A stretch of 64,000 nt of DNA from Trypanosoma brucei (lineage: Eukaryota), in assembly GCA_000002445.1 (NCBI GenBank), contig CP000071.1, positions 864,001 through 928,000 on the forward strand, written 5' to 3'. The translations under genes were made by a program, and so were the position numbers. The notes beneath the pieces were generated by a model. The model did not search any database. It saw only the letters and a list, made by a program, of their open reading frames with translations, and was not told the DNA's origin. Below are positions 1 through 11,700 of this stretch, piece after piece; position 1 is the stretch's first letter, and each line of letters starts with the position of its first letter.

Positions 1-1607
1 GAGCAATTCATCAACAGACCCGCGTGCACGTCGCCACGGCTTGTTTCCGGTCACTTCGGGATTGAGCACAATGAAATGACCGGAAAGGGGGACTCTCCGC
101 CGCGAACCTGTCGCACACGCGGTGCCGACACCGTGACGCAGCTGCTCCGGCACAAGGGGGACGGGGAAGTGGCGGTGGCGGATATGTCTATTTTGACGGG
201 GGGAAGGGCCCACTGCGCGCTGAGGAAAAGCCTTCGAACACACACGTCCTGCGCTCAAGTGGAAGGGGGTGACAACTTTGGAAGAGAGGTTTGCCGCTTG
301 GCTCCGCAATGGTACAGCAAACGAGAAAGGCGAAGCAGTATACATCCCACTGCTTCTGCGTGTGGTAATTTTGCCCCTCGATATTGCTTCGCACTTCCTA
401 GGGAACGCGGCGCTCCCTCTTAATGAGGTTGCTTCTGGCCAGAGGATTGTGAACGACTGCCCTCCCCCACTTACTTTGCTTGGATTACTGTGTGAAGGAA
501 GACTTCGTCACGTTCTAAGAGCAGATGCGCGAATGGTGGTTGACGAGGGTGGTTGGGAGCTGCGAAAGTGCGTTGGGAACCGGAGGAAGGCGGGTAGGGA
601 ACCTCTCTCTTAAGCTCGGCAGCACGTAACTACACAGCCTTTTTCTGTACTGCATGTGGATGCGCTTGCTGTTCATCCGTGGCTGCCTAGCTCGGCTGTG
701 AAAAACCGGCAAATGAGGCACGTTTTTTTTTCTTTACTATGTACTCTTTCACGCTATTCACCGACAACGAAATGCGAATTTCCTAGCATCTCCAGCTTCG
801 TTTCCAGGGGCTCACCAAGCTATTATCCATGCACACTGTCACGCATTTCATTTCCAAACCTGCAGTTTTCAAAGTACCGAATATGACCCAGTAAGTCTTG
901 TGCTTTCCGTCGCTCTTCTGCTTGTTTACCGAAATTCTTTTCTCCTTTAAGAAAAAAAGGGTTCCAGTGAAATGTTCAAGGCGCCCGACCGCATACCTAC
1001 AGCATAGCCGCCGCGCGTTCCAGTTGAGGCAAAAGGCATGCATAATGGCAAGAAGGGATTGTTGGAAGGGGTACCTCCTGCCTCAATCGTTTGCATTATC
1101 TGACTGCGCTTCGGTTTTGAATCGCGATTATCCGCCTGGTACTGACCATTTTTTGCAGCATGACCGCCCCTGGGTACACACCACGGTTTGTCAGGAAACC
1201 TGTCGCGCGATTCGAGCGCCCAACGGTGAGGAGGGGTGTAAGTCTAGCATCCGTGAAATCAAATGTATTTTTGCCCTTAAAAGTAACAAGGTAGCGAAAA
1301 CTATAAAACATGAGAAATGAAGCAATGTGTATCCGGTCGTATCGCTTCCGGAGATGTTCGAGCCCCACATAACTCGGAATATCGGAATAAAGTGAACAAT
1401 GCGAAGGATCATGCAGAGCAACGCCAGCAACAAAAAAAAAAAACAGCGCCCAAAACAAACTCCCCTGCACGGGGCTAAAACAGGAGCTTCCAAAGGTGGA
1501 TACAAGTTCATAACGTTGCCCCTCATACAGGATACTAGGTTTTCGCGACACAAGGTAAGAAAAAAATATATATTTCCTTCTCCTCTCGGATATCGGAATA
1601 CGGGTTA

Positions 1608-4304
1608 CTAAGCAAATGGGTCAAACTCCGCGGCAAATGTACACGAGTTATCTTCCCGCGTCTCTTGGTAAGTTGCCGGTTGCGAAGCATTTGCGTCACA
1701 GAATAAATTTTCGAGCGCATTCTTCAACTGTCCCGTGTTTCTGCTTCCAGTTCCATCGTCTCCACACCCCTCGGAAGTAATTGCATTTGAGAACGACCCC
1801 CAAGACAGAGGACCGCTTTGTAGGTGTTGATGTGTGACGGGAGCTTGCGTCACGTGGCCTTCCGGTGCGCCGTGGGCCTCTGCGCACACCCCGCAGCCGA
1901 TTTCTCTTTTCGCACGGTATGGTGGGTGCGCATTGTCACTAAGATACGTTTCTTGGCTCGGTCCCGTGGCGAGTGGCGCTTTGGGGAGTGCTTCCGCGTT
2001 GCCGCGGCCTAACCCAGTGGTGCCGTCGTCAGTGGCTTCATGCAGTTTCGTTGTGTTGTCGGAGGGAAAGACATCAGAATCTGGAGGGAAAGCCAGCCAA
2101 TTCCCCCCTCTGAGACGCATTTGAAACTCCTCATCACCATCAGTGTCGACCAGGCCGGAAGGTTTGTTCGCGTCAGTTTCCGGCCCTTGAAGGTGAACGT
2201 CTCGATACGGAGGGGCTGCGCTGGCGGTGTTCATTTTTATTTCACTCCCTTTGATGCGAGTAGCATCTTCCCCCTCGGAGAGAGTTCTTAACACTGCAAT
2301 CTGCCCTTCCACGATTTCACTGTAAGCATCACAAACACAGAGCAAGGGTCCCCACGCTTCTGTCAAGGGCACTGCTTGGGTGAATACTTGTTGATTCGTT
2401 TTCAAGACATCAAACGAAGTGCTGCCCTCCCCTCCATCCTCAGGTTCGTTCACGTGGGCTTCCCGCAGCCTTCCGAGTTCCTCCACAAGACTTTCTTTCT
2501 GGTGTTCCAGAGATGAGACAAGTGCCTGTACTTCGGCTAGCCTGGTTTGAAGGCTGCTTACCTCGCTTTGCGCCCCCCTGGCTCGCGTCATCAGTTCTGA
2601 CGCGATCGAAAGCACGGCGATTTGGTTCCACATAAGTATACCGGCAAATGTTTCCTGCTCTTTGTAAGCGATATCCACTCTCTCATATTTCTCTACCATG
2701 TCCATATGGTACCATGTCCATTCACTGCCGGACAGCGGACAGCCTTCCTCAAAGGGTGCAAAAAGCTTGTTTTCCAGCGTACCTGAATGTTTTATTTTAG
2801 CAGTTTCGGACTGCCCTGTAGATGGTACCCCCTTGTTTTCGATACTGTTTTTCGAGTCACTACGCGCATTCTTCTCGTTTCCTACTGGCACAACTTCAAG
2901 TTCCGCTGCCCTTCCCTTTGGTACAAAGATGGTTTCACTGGAGCAAAGTGACTCAACTTCAGCAGACTTCGGTGTACCTTCTGCATGATAGGATCTCTTT
3001 GCTTGAATCCGACTCTCGCTATAGCCTTCCGTAACCAGAGCGATTTCCTTGTTTAAGCGTTGTATCTCTCGTCGTTGTTCATCAAGCTTAAAATTCATCT
3101 CCGTGAATAGCTCGGCACGAGCTTGCTCAATTTCGTCAAAGCTCCGTTGGCGGTCCACTTCGTGAGCACTCATCTCTTCAACGTGTCTCCGATACAATTC
3201 AACCCTCTCGAGCAACATCTGCTCCTGCCTAGTTGGGTTCAATAGGTGTATTTCAGGCAACGAATCAAACTGGAGCAGACTTCTACTCTGTCTTGGACTA
3301 GTTAGAAGTGGGTATTGCTCGTTCGCCGCATTTACCGAGGGACCTCTTTTGAGGTGCTTTGGGATCCGCTTACCCCCGTCTCCCTTGTACCGTATCGGCG
3401 TTACGACTTTTGCAAACGTACGTGATGTGACGGCGTCTCCGCCTTGCACAGGGGAACCTCCACAACCAGGGATTGCTAAACTAACGGGGGCGGGGCACTG
3501 TGCAAAACATTCTTCCACTTTCCACTTCTCCACAGCGACCACGTCAATCTCAAGACGAGAAAGCTCTTCCCGGAGGTCGCGGAGCTCTTTATTGAGGTTT
3601 TCCTTCTCGCGCTCGTTGTGGCGTAGCAGGCGGCGCAAATTATCTCGTTCACTTTCCAAGTTTCCAATACGCTCGTGAAGGCGTTCGAGATTGACAGACC
3701 CTTCTACCTTCGCTTTAATTGCCGTCGAACAGCATCCCTCGTCTGCTCTCACTCTTTCCTCCTCGTCGTGGTGTTCGACGATGGCAGTGTAAAATGAATT
3801 TACTTCCGTAAGTTCTCGTACTTTCTGCTCCAATTCTGCAATCTCATCGTTTCGAGAACGCAGCGCTGTAGGGTTTAGAGAGGCCTCCCCCATGCCAGTG
3901 CGTTCCTTATCCGCATTTGCTTCAGCTCTTTTCAATCCTGTTGGGGTTATCTGAGCATTGTTTTCTGCACGGAGGGCGCTGGATGCACGGGACACCGTAA
4001 TGCTGGAATCACACTCTCTTGTTTTACCTCCGACACACGACTCTTCCATCTGAAGGAGTAATATTCTTTTAGTCTCCTCGTCAGCTACCAACATCTCCGA
4101 GAGCATCTTGCTTTGTTCCGTTAGCGCAGCCACTGCACCGTTTTTTTCCTCCAACTTTTGCTTTAAGGTCTCCACCTCTTCTTCGAGCTTATCAATCTGC
4201 ATTAACTTCACTTCGCCTTCCTTTAAATGCTGCTGAAGCTGCTTCACATAGGCGACAAGCTCTTCTCGGCTTGCCGCACTGATCGTTGGGGCGCTAACAG
4301 ACAT
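1608..4304 (-). CDS. Hypothetical coiled-coil protein (~898 aa). The ORF-track entry 1608..4394 starts at a GTG; the first ATG (MSVSAPTISAAS...) is at 4304.
   Basis: Long open frame with heptad-like, E/K/L/Q-rich sequence (EEVETLKQKLEEK, ELSRLEIDVVAVEKWK). On the minus strand a T13 tract at 4418-4430 plus AG lies upstream of the ATG, and a tiny ATGGCGAAGAGGTTGTTGCTGTGA upstream ORF precedes it. No enzymatic motif seen. Confidence 0.55.
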   Translation of the reverse strand: MSVSAPTISAASREELVAYVKQLQQHLKEGEVKLMQIDKLEEEVETLKQKLEEKNGAVAALTEQSKMLSEMLVADEETKRILLLQMEESCVGGKTRECDSSITVSRASSALRAENNAQITPTGLKRAEANADKERTGMGEASLNPTALRSRNDEIAELEQKVRELTEVNSFYTAIVEHHDEEERVRADEGCCSTAIKAKVEGSVNLERLHERIGNLESERDNLRRLLRHNEREKENLNKELRDLREELSRLEIDVVAVEKWKVEECFAQCPAPVSLAIPGCGGSPVQGGDAVTSRTFAKVVTPIRYKGDGGKRIPKHLKRGPSVNAANEQYPLLTSPRQSRSLLQFDSLPEIHLLNPTRQEQMLLERVELYRRHVEEMSAHEVDRQRSFDEIEQARAELFTEMNFKLDEQRREIQRLNKEIALVTEGYSESRIQAKRSYHAEGTPKSAEVESLCSSETIFVPKGRAAELEVVPVGNEKNARSDSKNSIENKGVPSTGQSETAKIKHSGTLENKLFAPFEEGCPLSGSEWTWYHMDMVEKYERVDIAYKEQETFAGILMWNQIAVLSIASELMTRARGAQSEVSSLQTRLAEVQALVSSLEHQKESLVEELGRLREAHVNEPEDGGEGSTSFDVLKTNQQVFTQAVPLTEAWGPLLCVCDAYSEIVEGQIAVLRTLSEGEDATRIKGSEIKMNTASAAPPYRDVHLQGPETDANKPSGLVDTDGDEEFQMRLRGGNWLAFPPDSDVFPSDNTTKLHEATDDGTTGLGRGNAEALPKAPLATGPSQETYLSDNAHPPYRAKREIGCGVCAEAHGAPEGHVTQAPVTHQHLQSGPLSWGSFSNAITSEGCGDDGTGSRNTGQLKNALENLFCDANASQPATYQETREDNSCTFAAEFDPFA

Positions 4305-4586
4305 TTCTGGTATCTTACTGTACGTATCTATCGCTCGCAAGCTAGGACAACTGAACAATTCTGCTTCCACTACTAAGTGACACGCCAACTTCACAGCAAC
4401 AACCTCTTCGCCATATCAAAAAAAAAAAAAGGAACAGAAGCGGGACTTGAAGGGTTTCTTTTGATGCACAAAAGAGTTCGAAGCGATATTTTTAGAAACT
4501 AGAACGTGTAGTACAAGACAAACACCGACTGTTCTTCTCCCGCTGCACTGCCCACTGTATGGTCAAGCCTCAGCCTATTCATCCCC

Positions 4587-6833
4587 TCAAAGAAGGGCGA
4601 GAGTCTCGAGCAAATGGTCCAACTGCAACCTAAACCCTTGTATTTGTTGGTTTTTCTCCTCGACAATCATTTCTGCCTTCTGTTTCGTCAGCACAATTTC
4701 GAAGTCTGCAACCCGCCTGATTTCTTCAATTCTGTGCAGGGCTTCCTTTTCTTTTTGAGCTTGGCGCTTCTCCAAGTAAGACAGTCGTTCCGACACACTC
4801 TGGAGAAACGCCTGAATACGCGACCTGTTGAGTGGGAGTCTTGAAATGTCTTTGCATATCCATGAGTTTCCTTCACACACTTGCTTCAACTCTGTGATTG
4901 ACATCAATTCTTTTTTATGAGAGTCTTTAATGTGCTCAATGTCGTCCCTGTAGCTTTGCTGTATGCACTGCAGCTGCGCTTGATATTCTCGCCTTGCTGA
5001 ACGTAGTCGCTCATCCAAGCGAGCATGGGCCTCTCCAAGGGACTGCTGGCTCTCCTCCAGCAATCGCTTCGCCACCTCCAGCTGGGAGGTCAAACTAGCG
5101 ATTTGCGCTTGCATGGTTGATATTACCTGCATCGGTGGAGGGATAATAAAGGCATCATACGACGGTGATGTCAAAGCTATTCCCGCCTTTGGTTCACGCT
5201 CCAGCTGTGACAATTGGGGCTCCGGTGCACCGTTTTCCCTAAGCAATGCAATTGAAGTTTCTTTTGGTGGACCACTCGCAGCGGGCGCTTCCGACAGCAC
5301 CGTGTCTTTTGTTGCCCCTTGGGTGACGCACTGTTCGTTCCCGTTCCCTCGAGGATACCTGCCACTGGTAAGGTTATTGGCTCCAACGACAGATGAAGGG
5401 GGGTTCACCTGTTCCTTGTCACGTAAGGACTGCTTGGCTTCGGTCAATTGCTTTTCCAGATCGTGAACCCGGCGTGACTGGGCTTGTAAGAGTTTAAACT
5501 TCAGCTGTTCTTCTAGCTTTTCAATTTTTTCTTGATATTGCATTCTCATGCGGTCAACTTCGACCCGGAGCCGAGTGACTGCCGCTTCGGCGCAGCGGTC
5601 CTTTTCTACAAGTGCGTCTTCGAGTTCTTTTATTCTATGGTTGAGTTGCTTAAATATCTTGGTATCTTGAACGGGTGGCTGACAACTTCTGATCAGCTGC
5701 GCTATGCTGTTGGGGTGCTTTTGGCCTAGGGTTTCCTCCAACTCGATAATTCGCCTTGTGAGGTGTTGCACGCGAGTGTCTTCCTTTGCTTTCGTACCTT
5801 TGCTGATATCCTCTGCTTTCCCGGACCCGCGCAACTTCGCCCGCAGGCAGCGGATGGTGTCCTGCTGCTCTTTGAGAAGCTGTTGCTGGGAGTCGTTAAA
5901 TTCTTGGTTGTTGACGTACCATGCGATCTTTCTTGCCATTTCTTTCACCACCTCTTCGTGCTCTGTTTCTCTTCGTTTTAAGTCGACACGCAGATTGCGA
6001 TTCTCCAATTCGAGTTCTTCAAGCCTTTTCATGTCGACGCTACTTCGATGGATGTTGAGGTCCCCCCTTTCCCTCCGAAGAAGCTCAAGTTCTAGCTCAA
6101 GTTCTCTAACCCGCATCCTTTGCTGATTTGTCTCCATGAGCAACTCATCAGTGCTATGATGTGTCCCCTGGCGCGTCTCCATCCTAGTGGTTAAGTCACC
6201 ACTCCGAAGTGTCTGCTTACTATTGGGCTGCCCGTCTGAAACGGGCGTGTGAGCCCCCCTCCCACTAAGCGCGCTAGTCAGTTCACGCACTTTCAACAGC
6301 AGAGCCTTCTTTTCAGTATGCAACTTTTCATTGTCCTCATCCAACGCCCTAACAACACGTTCTTGCATTGCTATTTCCTTCTGGATCTCCTCCAATTCAG
6401 CTCTGGTTACCGGCTCTCCCGAGAGAAGCGCTTCCCGAATCACACTGCACTTACTCTGGGCATCCGTACAGTGTATGCTGTCTCCTTGAGCCCTCGTTGA
6501 TTCCACCCGATTGGGGGCTTCAACAACTGTTTCCAATGGCTGATTTGCATCCACCACAGTGTCCATTAGAATTTCCTCCGAATGTTTTGACCATGATGAT
6601 GAGACACCCCCCTTTCCTGCCGTAGCAAAGCATGTCGTGCCCTCCTTGTTTCGATGTGCGCACTGTCCTTGTTCCGCGCGGGTAGCGCCCTTTTCAACCT
6701 CTCGCCACACCGTTAAGGGGGCCATAGGGTTTGTGGAGTATCTCTCCCCGGGAGAAGTTGTGCACTGGTCCCCGTCTTGCCCTTCGTCTTGAACAAAACG
6801 CTCACTGATCTCTTTGACACTGTGATCCGCCAT
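4587..6833 (-). CDS. Hypothetical coiled-coil protein (~748 aa). The ORF-track entry extends to 7391, but the first 186 codons are pyrimidine-rich UTR-like sequence; the ATG (MADHSVKEISERF...) is at 6833.
   Basis: On the minus strand a long polypyrimidine tract ends in ...ctgcctttcagatagtttctaag immediately 5' of the ATG at 6833-6831 (a classic trans-splice acceptor). The protein is dominated by coiled-coil segments (ELELELELLRRERGDL, KIEKLEEQLKFKLLQAQ). Confidence 0.6.
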   Translation of the reverse strand: MADHSVKEISERFVQDEGQDGDQCTTSPGERYSTNPMAPLTVWREVEKGATRAEQGQCAHRNKEGTTCFATAGKGGVSSSWSKHSEEILMDTVVDANQPLETVVEAPNRVESTRAQGDSIHCTDAQSKCSVIREALLSGEPVTRAELEEIQKEIAMQERVVRALDEDNEKLHTEKKALLLKVRELTSALSGRGAHTPVSDGQPNSKQTLRSGDLTTRMETRQGTHHSTDELLMETNQQRMRVRELELELELLRRERGDLNIHRSSVDMKRLEELELENRNLRVDLKRRETEHEEVVKEMARKIAWYVNNQEFNDSQQQLLKEQQDTIRCLRAKLRGSGKAEDISKGTKAKEDTRVQHLTRRIIELEETLGQKHPNSIAQLIRSCQPPVQDTKIFKQLNHRIKELEDALVEKDRCAEAAVTRLRVEVDRMRMQYQEKIEKLEEQLKFKLLQAQSRRVHDLEKQLTEAKQSLRDKEQVNPPSSVVGANNLTSGRYPRGNGNEQCVTQGATKDTVLSEAPAASGPPKETSIALLRENGAPEPQLSQLEREPKAGIALTSPSYDAFIIPPPMQVISTMQAQIASLTSQLEVAKRLLEESQQSLGEAHARLDERLRSARREYQAQLQCIQQSYRDDIEHIKDSHKKELMSITELKQVCEGNSWICKDISRLPLNRSRIQAFLQSVSERLSYLEKRQAQKEKEALHRIEEIRRVADFEIVLTKQKAEMIVEEKNQQIQGFRLQLDHLLETLALL

Positions 6834-6965
6834 CTTAGAAACTATCTGAAAGGCAGAAAAGCATTGACGTACATTGTAAACAAAAGGTTTGCTTATACTT
6901 GTCAGGCATTGAACCAAAACTGAGAAGACAGTAGTGACAAAAAGCCTGCGACTAAAATTGATTGA
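6834..6965 (-). promoter_or_regulatory. Polypyrimidine tract plus AG trans-splice acceptor for the 4587..6833 gene.
   Basis: The minus strand reads ...ttttgtcactactgtcttctcagttttggttcaatgcctgacaagtataagcaaaccttttgtttacaatgtacgtcaatgcttttctgcctttcag ATAGTTTCTAAG ATG. Confidence 0.55.
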
Positions 6966-8794
6966 AAAAGCTGTCAAGGAAGGGCGTCGTCGAAACAACT
7001 GTTTGTAGATAATGAGCCACGGAAGTAACTCCTCTGTGCGAAACCGAAGCAGAGTCCCCGTGTGACTGACACTTTGCGGATGAAAAGTGCGATACGTCCC
7101 CCCAAAACAGAACCCCTTTGGTTCCCGGAGGCTACAAAAGCCTGTATTGTGTAAAGAAAGACACAGCCTGGCAGTCGGCATCCAGCCTATCATTCTCTGT
7201 TTAACCCCTGTGCGGACATTTTCGTCTTGCACTTGTCGTCGACGTGACACCCGCCTCCACCAATGCCTAAGTAGTTTCAAAAGATTACATGCACCCAATA
7301 CCTCATCACGATGCCGTAAATGTGATGGTTGTAGAGCAAAGTTTCCTATGCTAGTCCACCGATGTTTGCCTACGCGTCCCACTAGTTCCATAGCACCCCT
7401 TTTAATGGAAGCGGAGACTTTCGCGCACGGCTACATAACCTGCCGCCCCCCCCGCTGTGGAGAGGCGGGTGCATGAGTATGGACATGTGTTGTAGCAACC
7501 AAAAGGCCCGTTTCCAGTTGCTGAGCGAAGGCGGTGACAACAACATAACCCCGTCCGGGTTGACATTGTAATAAACACACATAGCGCTAAACACTGTGAT
7601 CCCTTCACGCTGTTCCCACCGCACTCACGTTTTATTTTCACTCTGCAAGAAATCCTTATCTACCAATACAGGTTAGCCTCAGTCTCCTTACCACTAGATC
7701 TGCTGCGGAATACTCCATTAAGCCACCCACACAAAAATTGTCTAAGATGATAACCTTTTGCAAACTGCACACCGTATCGTGTAGTAAGAGCCAAGGTTGG
7801 TTAACTTTCCATCGCCTTAGTTAAGAGCTGCCGGCGTGGTTAGTAGGGCATTGAGTTAACCCTCATATTGAGCGACCAGTGCCAATGCACCAAAAGCCAG
7901 GGCAGAACTGCATTCATCTGTCTCAGCGGGCCGCATGACTACACGTATCTGGTCTCGCATCAATTTTCACTCAGTTTAGGACATCTACCGAATAGCAGCT
8001 AGCGCTGCAACTCTCCTGAGACACCAGACGCTCCAAGCCACTACTGGGTGCCGGTGCCCCACTTGTGGGGCAAAAGCAAGAGCCAATGGAGTTCGGTCTC
8101 AGGAGAAAACTATTGCGGCCTGGTTATGTTGCCATCAGACTAGGGAACCGCCGAGTCGTGCTGTGACATCGGTTTTCCATTAGCAGCCCCTCGGCACGTT
8201 TCATTGCATCGTCAGCAGTGCCACACGTACCAAGGTGACGTAAACCTTCTATACTAGAAGCAGCAACCGGACGAGACACCATTGAGACTAAACCGGTACA
8301 TCAAGCATTTGGCCATCCCCCAATCAGCAACACCCACGTGACGGCCACGGCAGCTAGCCGTACACACTGTTGAGGGCGTTTATTTTGCCAATCCTCTACG
8401 TTTAGGGAGCTTGCGACTGCTATGATAGTGAAAACTAGCATTTAGTGGCTTGTTGATGCACCCTACTATGCACCGAACAGTCACACCCTTTGCCCCAGCT
8501 CCCACCGTTACCGGTTGCAACGGAAGACACCACCACACACAATCTCGGAAAGTTCCTGTATGCACAGCAACATGTTCATAATGGACCAACATCCCAGATG
8601 CCTTCTCAGCAACAGCATCCGTACTTCACTTTCGTGACCTCTACTGTGCACCACATGCATGCGGAAGCTCATCAAAGAGCCCGAGCAATATGCTTTGCGT
8701 GGACTGCCGTGGCAATTTGCAGTACTTGCAGATAATGAATGTGCGCATGCTTTGTCCCACCAATACAAGTAACTATTTTGCATCGAAAGCGATC

Positions 8795-11700
8795 CTACTG
8801 ACTGTAACAATGAATCATCCGCTTCATTTCCTCAGTCGCTAGACATTCGGCAGGGTCAGTCTTTTCACGGAGCTCAATAGACGCGCCAACCTTCTGTAAG
8901 AAACACAAAACAGTGGCAGGTGACACTGTGTTGGTCTTCCAACCTAAAACAATATTAAGGGGACGAACAAGTTCCACAGTGGGTGTGTCATCTATCGCTT
9001 TGGTATCACAAATCAGTCGCAATAACGGGTTTGCTGCGTTCGCAGGGACAGTTTCGACAAGCTTCAAGAGTTCCCCAGAACCAGCGAGCCGATCCATTTT
9101 TAGTACAAGAGACGCCCACACAAGGGACAATAGCATCTCCACTTTTGAGAGTCCGAGTGCAACCTTCTCTGCATCGCGCGCGAAGAAGAGCAACAGTGAG
9201 CAAAGGGCAGCCGCTGGCAGATTGTCCAGGGGTAGCTTTTGGGAAAAATGAGCTATAAATTGCGTCGCTATTGGCCGCCTCTTCCCATTTTTTAACAGTC
9301 CCTCAGCAATCAAGCAGACGTCTAGCATACTTACTTCATCTCCGCTATCTACTAGGGATGCCATAAACCTGTCGAAGGTTTGGCTGCTCCCACCGAAACG
9401 AACGCAAAAAGTTACCGTATTCATCAGTGTCCTGTCAGTGAGTGGGGCCTTTTCAATATGCTTAAGACAGAAACGCCATAAACCGATCGCATGTGGCGTA
9501 AATCTTTTCGCCGAGTCGTTGTTCATTTGAATCAGACGTTGTAAAGCATGGGATACGACAAGAGAACACGTTAAACTGTTGCATTGGGGAGGAAATAGCG
9601 CCCCGGACTCACTACGTAGCAGTGCTTCTGCACGAGGTAAAGAAAACGATACACCATCTTCGGAGAACAGGGGAGCGACAATGTTGAGGAACGCAGTAAC
9701 GATATCATCATTTACTTTCCCGTCAGCATAACCCATTGAGCTGTTATCAAGATCGTTAATAATGACAGTAGCAATAGCTAGTGCTGCCTGAAGTGGATAC
9801 ACCCCTACCTCCCCATCACGAATTCTTTTGATCATAACAATAACAAGTTTTCGGGTCACATGGATCAGTGATTTCCACACGGCCTTTGCCGCTGAAGTCC
9901 ACATTGCGTTCACTAGTACCAGGGCTGCCCTCCAATCGGCCTCTACCCACTTTTCTCGTTCCACTACGTGGACGCATAACGAATCAACTCCGTGTAGTGC
10001 GCGCTCAAGGACGCACTTTTCATCAATGCCGAAGGCGCACAGCGCACCTACAAGACGGACTAGTATGTGGAAGGGGAGAGTCTGTAGACGTTGTTGGTCA
10101 CGAATAGTCCCGACAATATGGGGATGCAGCACACTGTATCGAGCATCTAATTCGTGCGCAGCAATCAAATAGAAGACAGCGCTCTCGTATCTGTTTCTGC
10201 CCAAGTCGTTCTGAAGCAACCGCGTTCCCACTGCCGACAGAGAGTTCAAAAGTACTGTGCGAGAGACACCGGCAGCTGCTCCGTCGAGGATCAGGGACAA
10301 ACCCCAATCTGGGTACTGAAGCACTTCCAGTCGAAGAAAAATAGGTGTCGAAACAGCAGTATACGGTTTGAAACCTCTTGAAGGGATGCGGAGTTTCGAA
10401 AGTGATCCCACAATCGCTGCACACTGAGTCATGGTAGAGCTCTTCATTCCTTTACAAGTGCACAAGGTCTCTAGTGAATGTGTCAGTCGTTCTAAGGGCA
10501 CACCCTCACTTTCAGACAGCATGAGTGCCTTTTCACATATCTGTAAAGCTACATCGCTAGAATTCGTGTCTTCTTCCGAGCATTTGCCCGAGACTTCATG
10601 TCTTTTCGTGTCTGTTTGCGGATAGCCTCCACCACGACACCCATGTTGGTAACCAAGCTCCCGACTGCGCTCGCGGATGGCGCACCAAATGAAATTATCC
10701 TTAATAGACAGTTTCATCACAGCATTGATAATGCGGGGTAGTTCCCACCGTGATGCATTACGAACAATTCCAGGTACAGTTTTAAAACACTCTCCAAGAT
10801 AAAATTTCCTTGAATTAACAGTCAAATTCCCATATGCTAACGCTTCAAGAATTATCCTCACCTGCTTGACGGTTGCTTTTTCAAGAGCGCACTGGGATAC
10901 CGGAGGAAACACACAAAAATTAAGGCGGTACATAAGGCGATCGAGAAAAGCCACATCAGCTGCCACCGAATAAACATTCACCAGTGGTCCAATTGCTTCT
11001 GCGCGAGTGACTGCAGCAGCGTCTCCCAATGGACGTAGCCAGAAGTCAATTCCATTGTACATCAACATGCGTAGAAGTATGTGAAACAAAATTTGTGCGT
11101 TTTTTTGTAATTTTGTCAGCCCACAATATGTAAGCGACTCCAAGACTGTGGAAATAATGAACCTATTTTGTATCTCCCCCTTTACTACCCGATGCACAAA
11201 GGTAAGCACAACACTGTCCAGGATCGCAAGAAGTTTTACCGTAAAGCTAGGGGAGAGGCAACCCAAACAATCGTTCTCCGGCCAAGAGACGTTGTTTATT
11301 ACACCTTCACTTTGGATTGGTACAACTCTATCTCCCGATCCAGATACGGAAACAATCTGACACAACCCGCACAGCAACAACAGGTCATTCCGAGGGGATG
11401 CACTTTCTACGCCGCCTGTTCGAATACCGTTCGCGACAATCGCTTCACAAACCTCAATGTACACTAGCCGCACTGGAATGATACTGGAGCAGAATGTGGA
11501 CAAACTCCAAAATAAATACACCAGCTTTTCCTGAGTGAGGAGTGTATAATCAACGCGCCTTACTCGTTCAAGCAACTCTTTCAAAATTGAGCTCTGCGCC
11601 TCTGCAGAAATACCGTTATCTTCTGAAGTAACGAGGCAACCCACCACATATGACAGTTCCGGAAGGAGTTCCACCTGGGCCCCACTTATAATTACTCTGA

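Noticed and set aside
1-1607. Several 60-150 aa ORFs on both strands at the window start
   Set aside because: None has a convincing start context or motif. The region is most simply the 3' UTR and downstream intergenic sequence of the 1608..4304 minus-strand gene. A gene running off the 5' edge cannot be excluded.
6834-7391. N-terminal 186 codons of ORF-track entry 4587..7391
   Set aside because: Pyrimidine-rich translation (…FCFGGTYRTF…LTAFSINFSRRLFVTTVFSVLV…) ending in a polypyrimidine tract plus AG right before an internal ATG; interpreted as 5' UTR/intergenic. The same reasoning applies to 42951-43277, 51543-51644, 34038, 35553, 18711, 20704 and 53127, which start on GTG/TTG.
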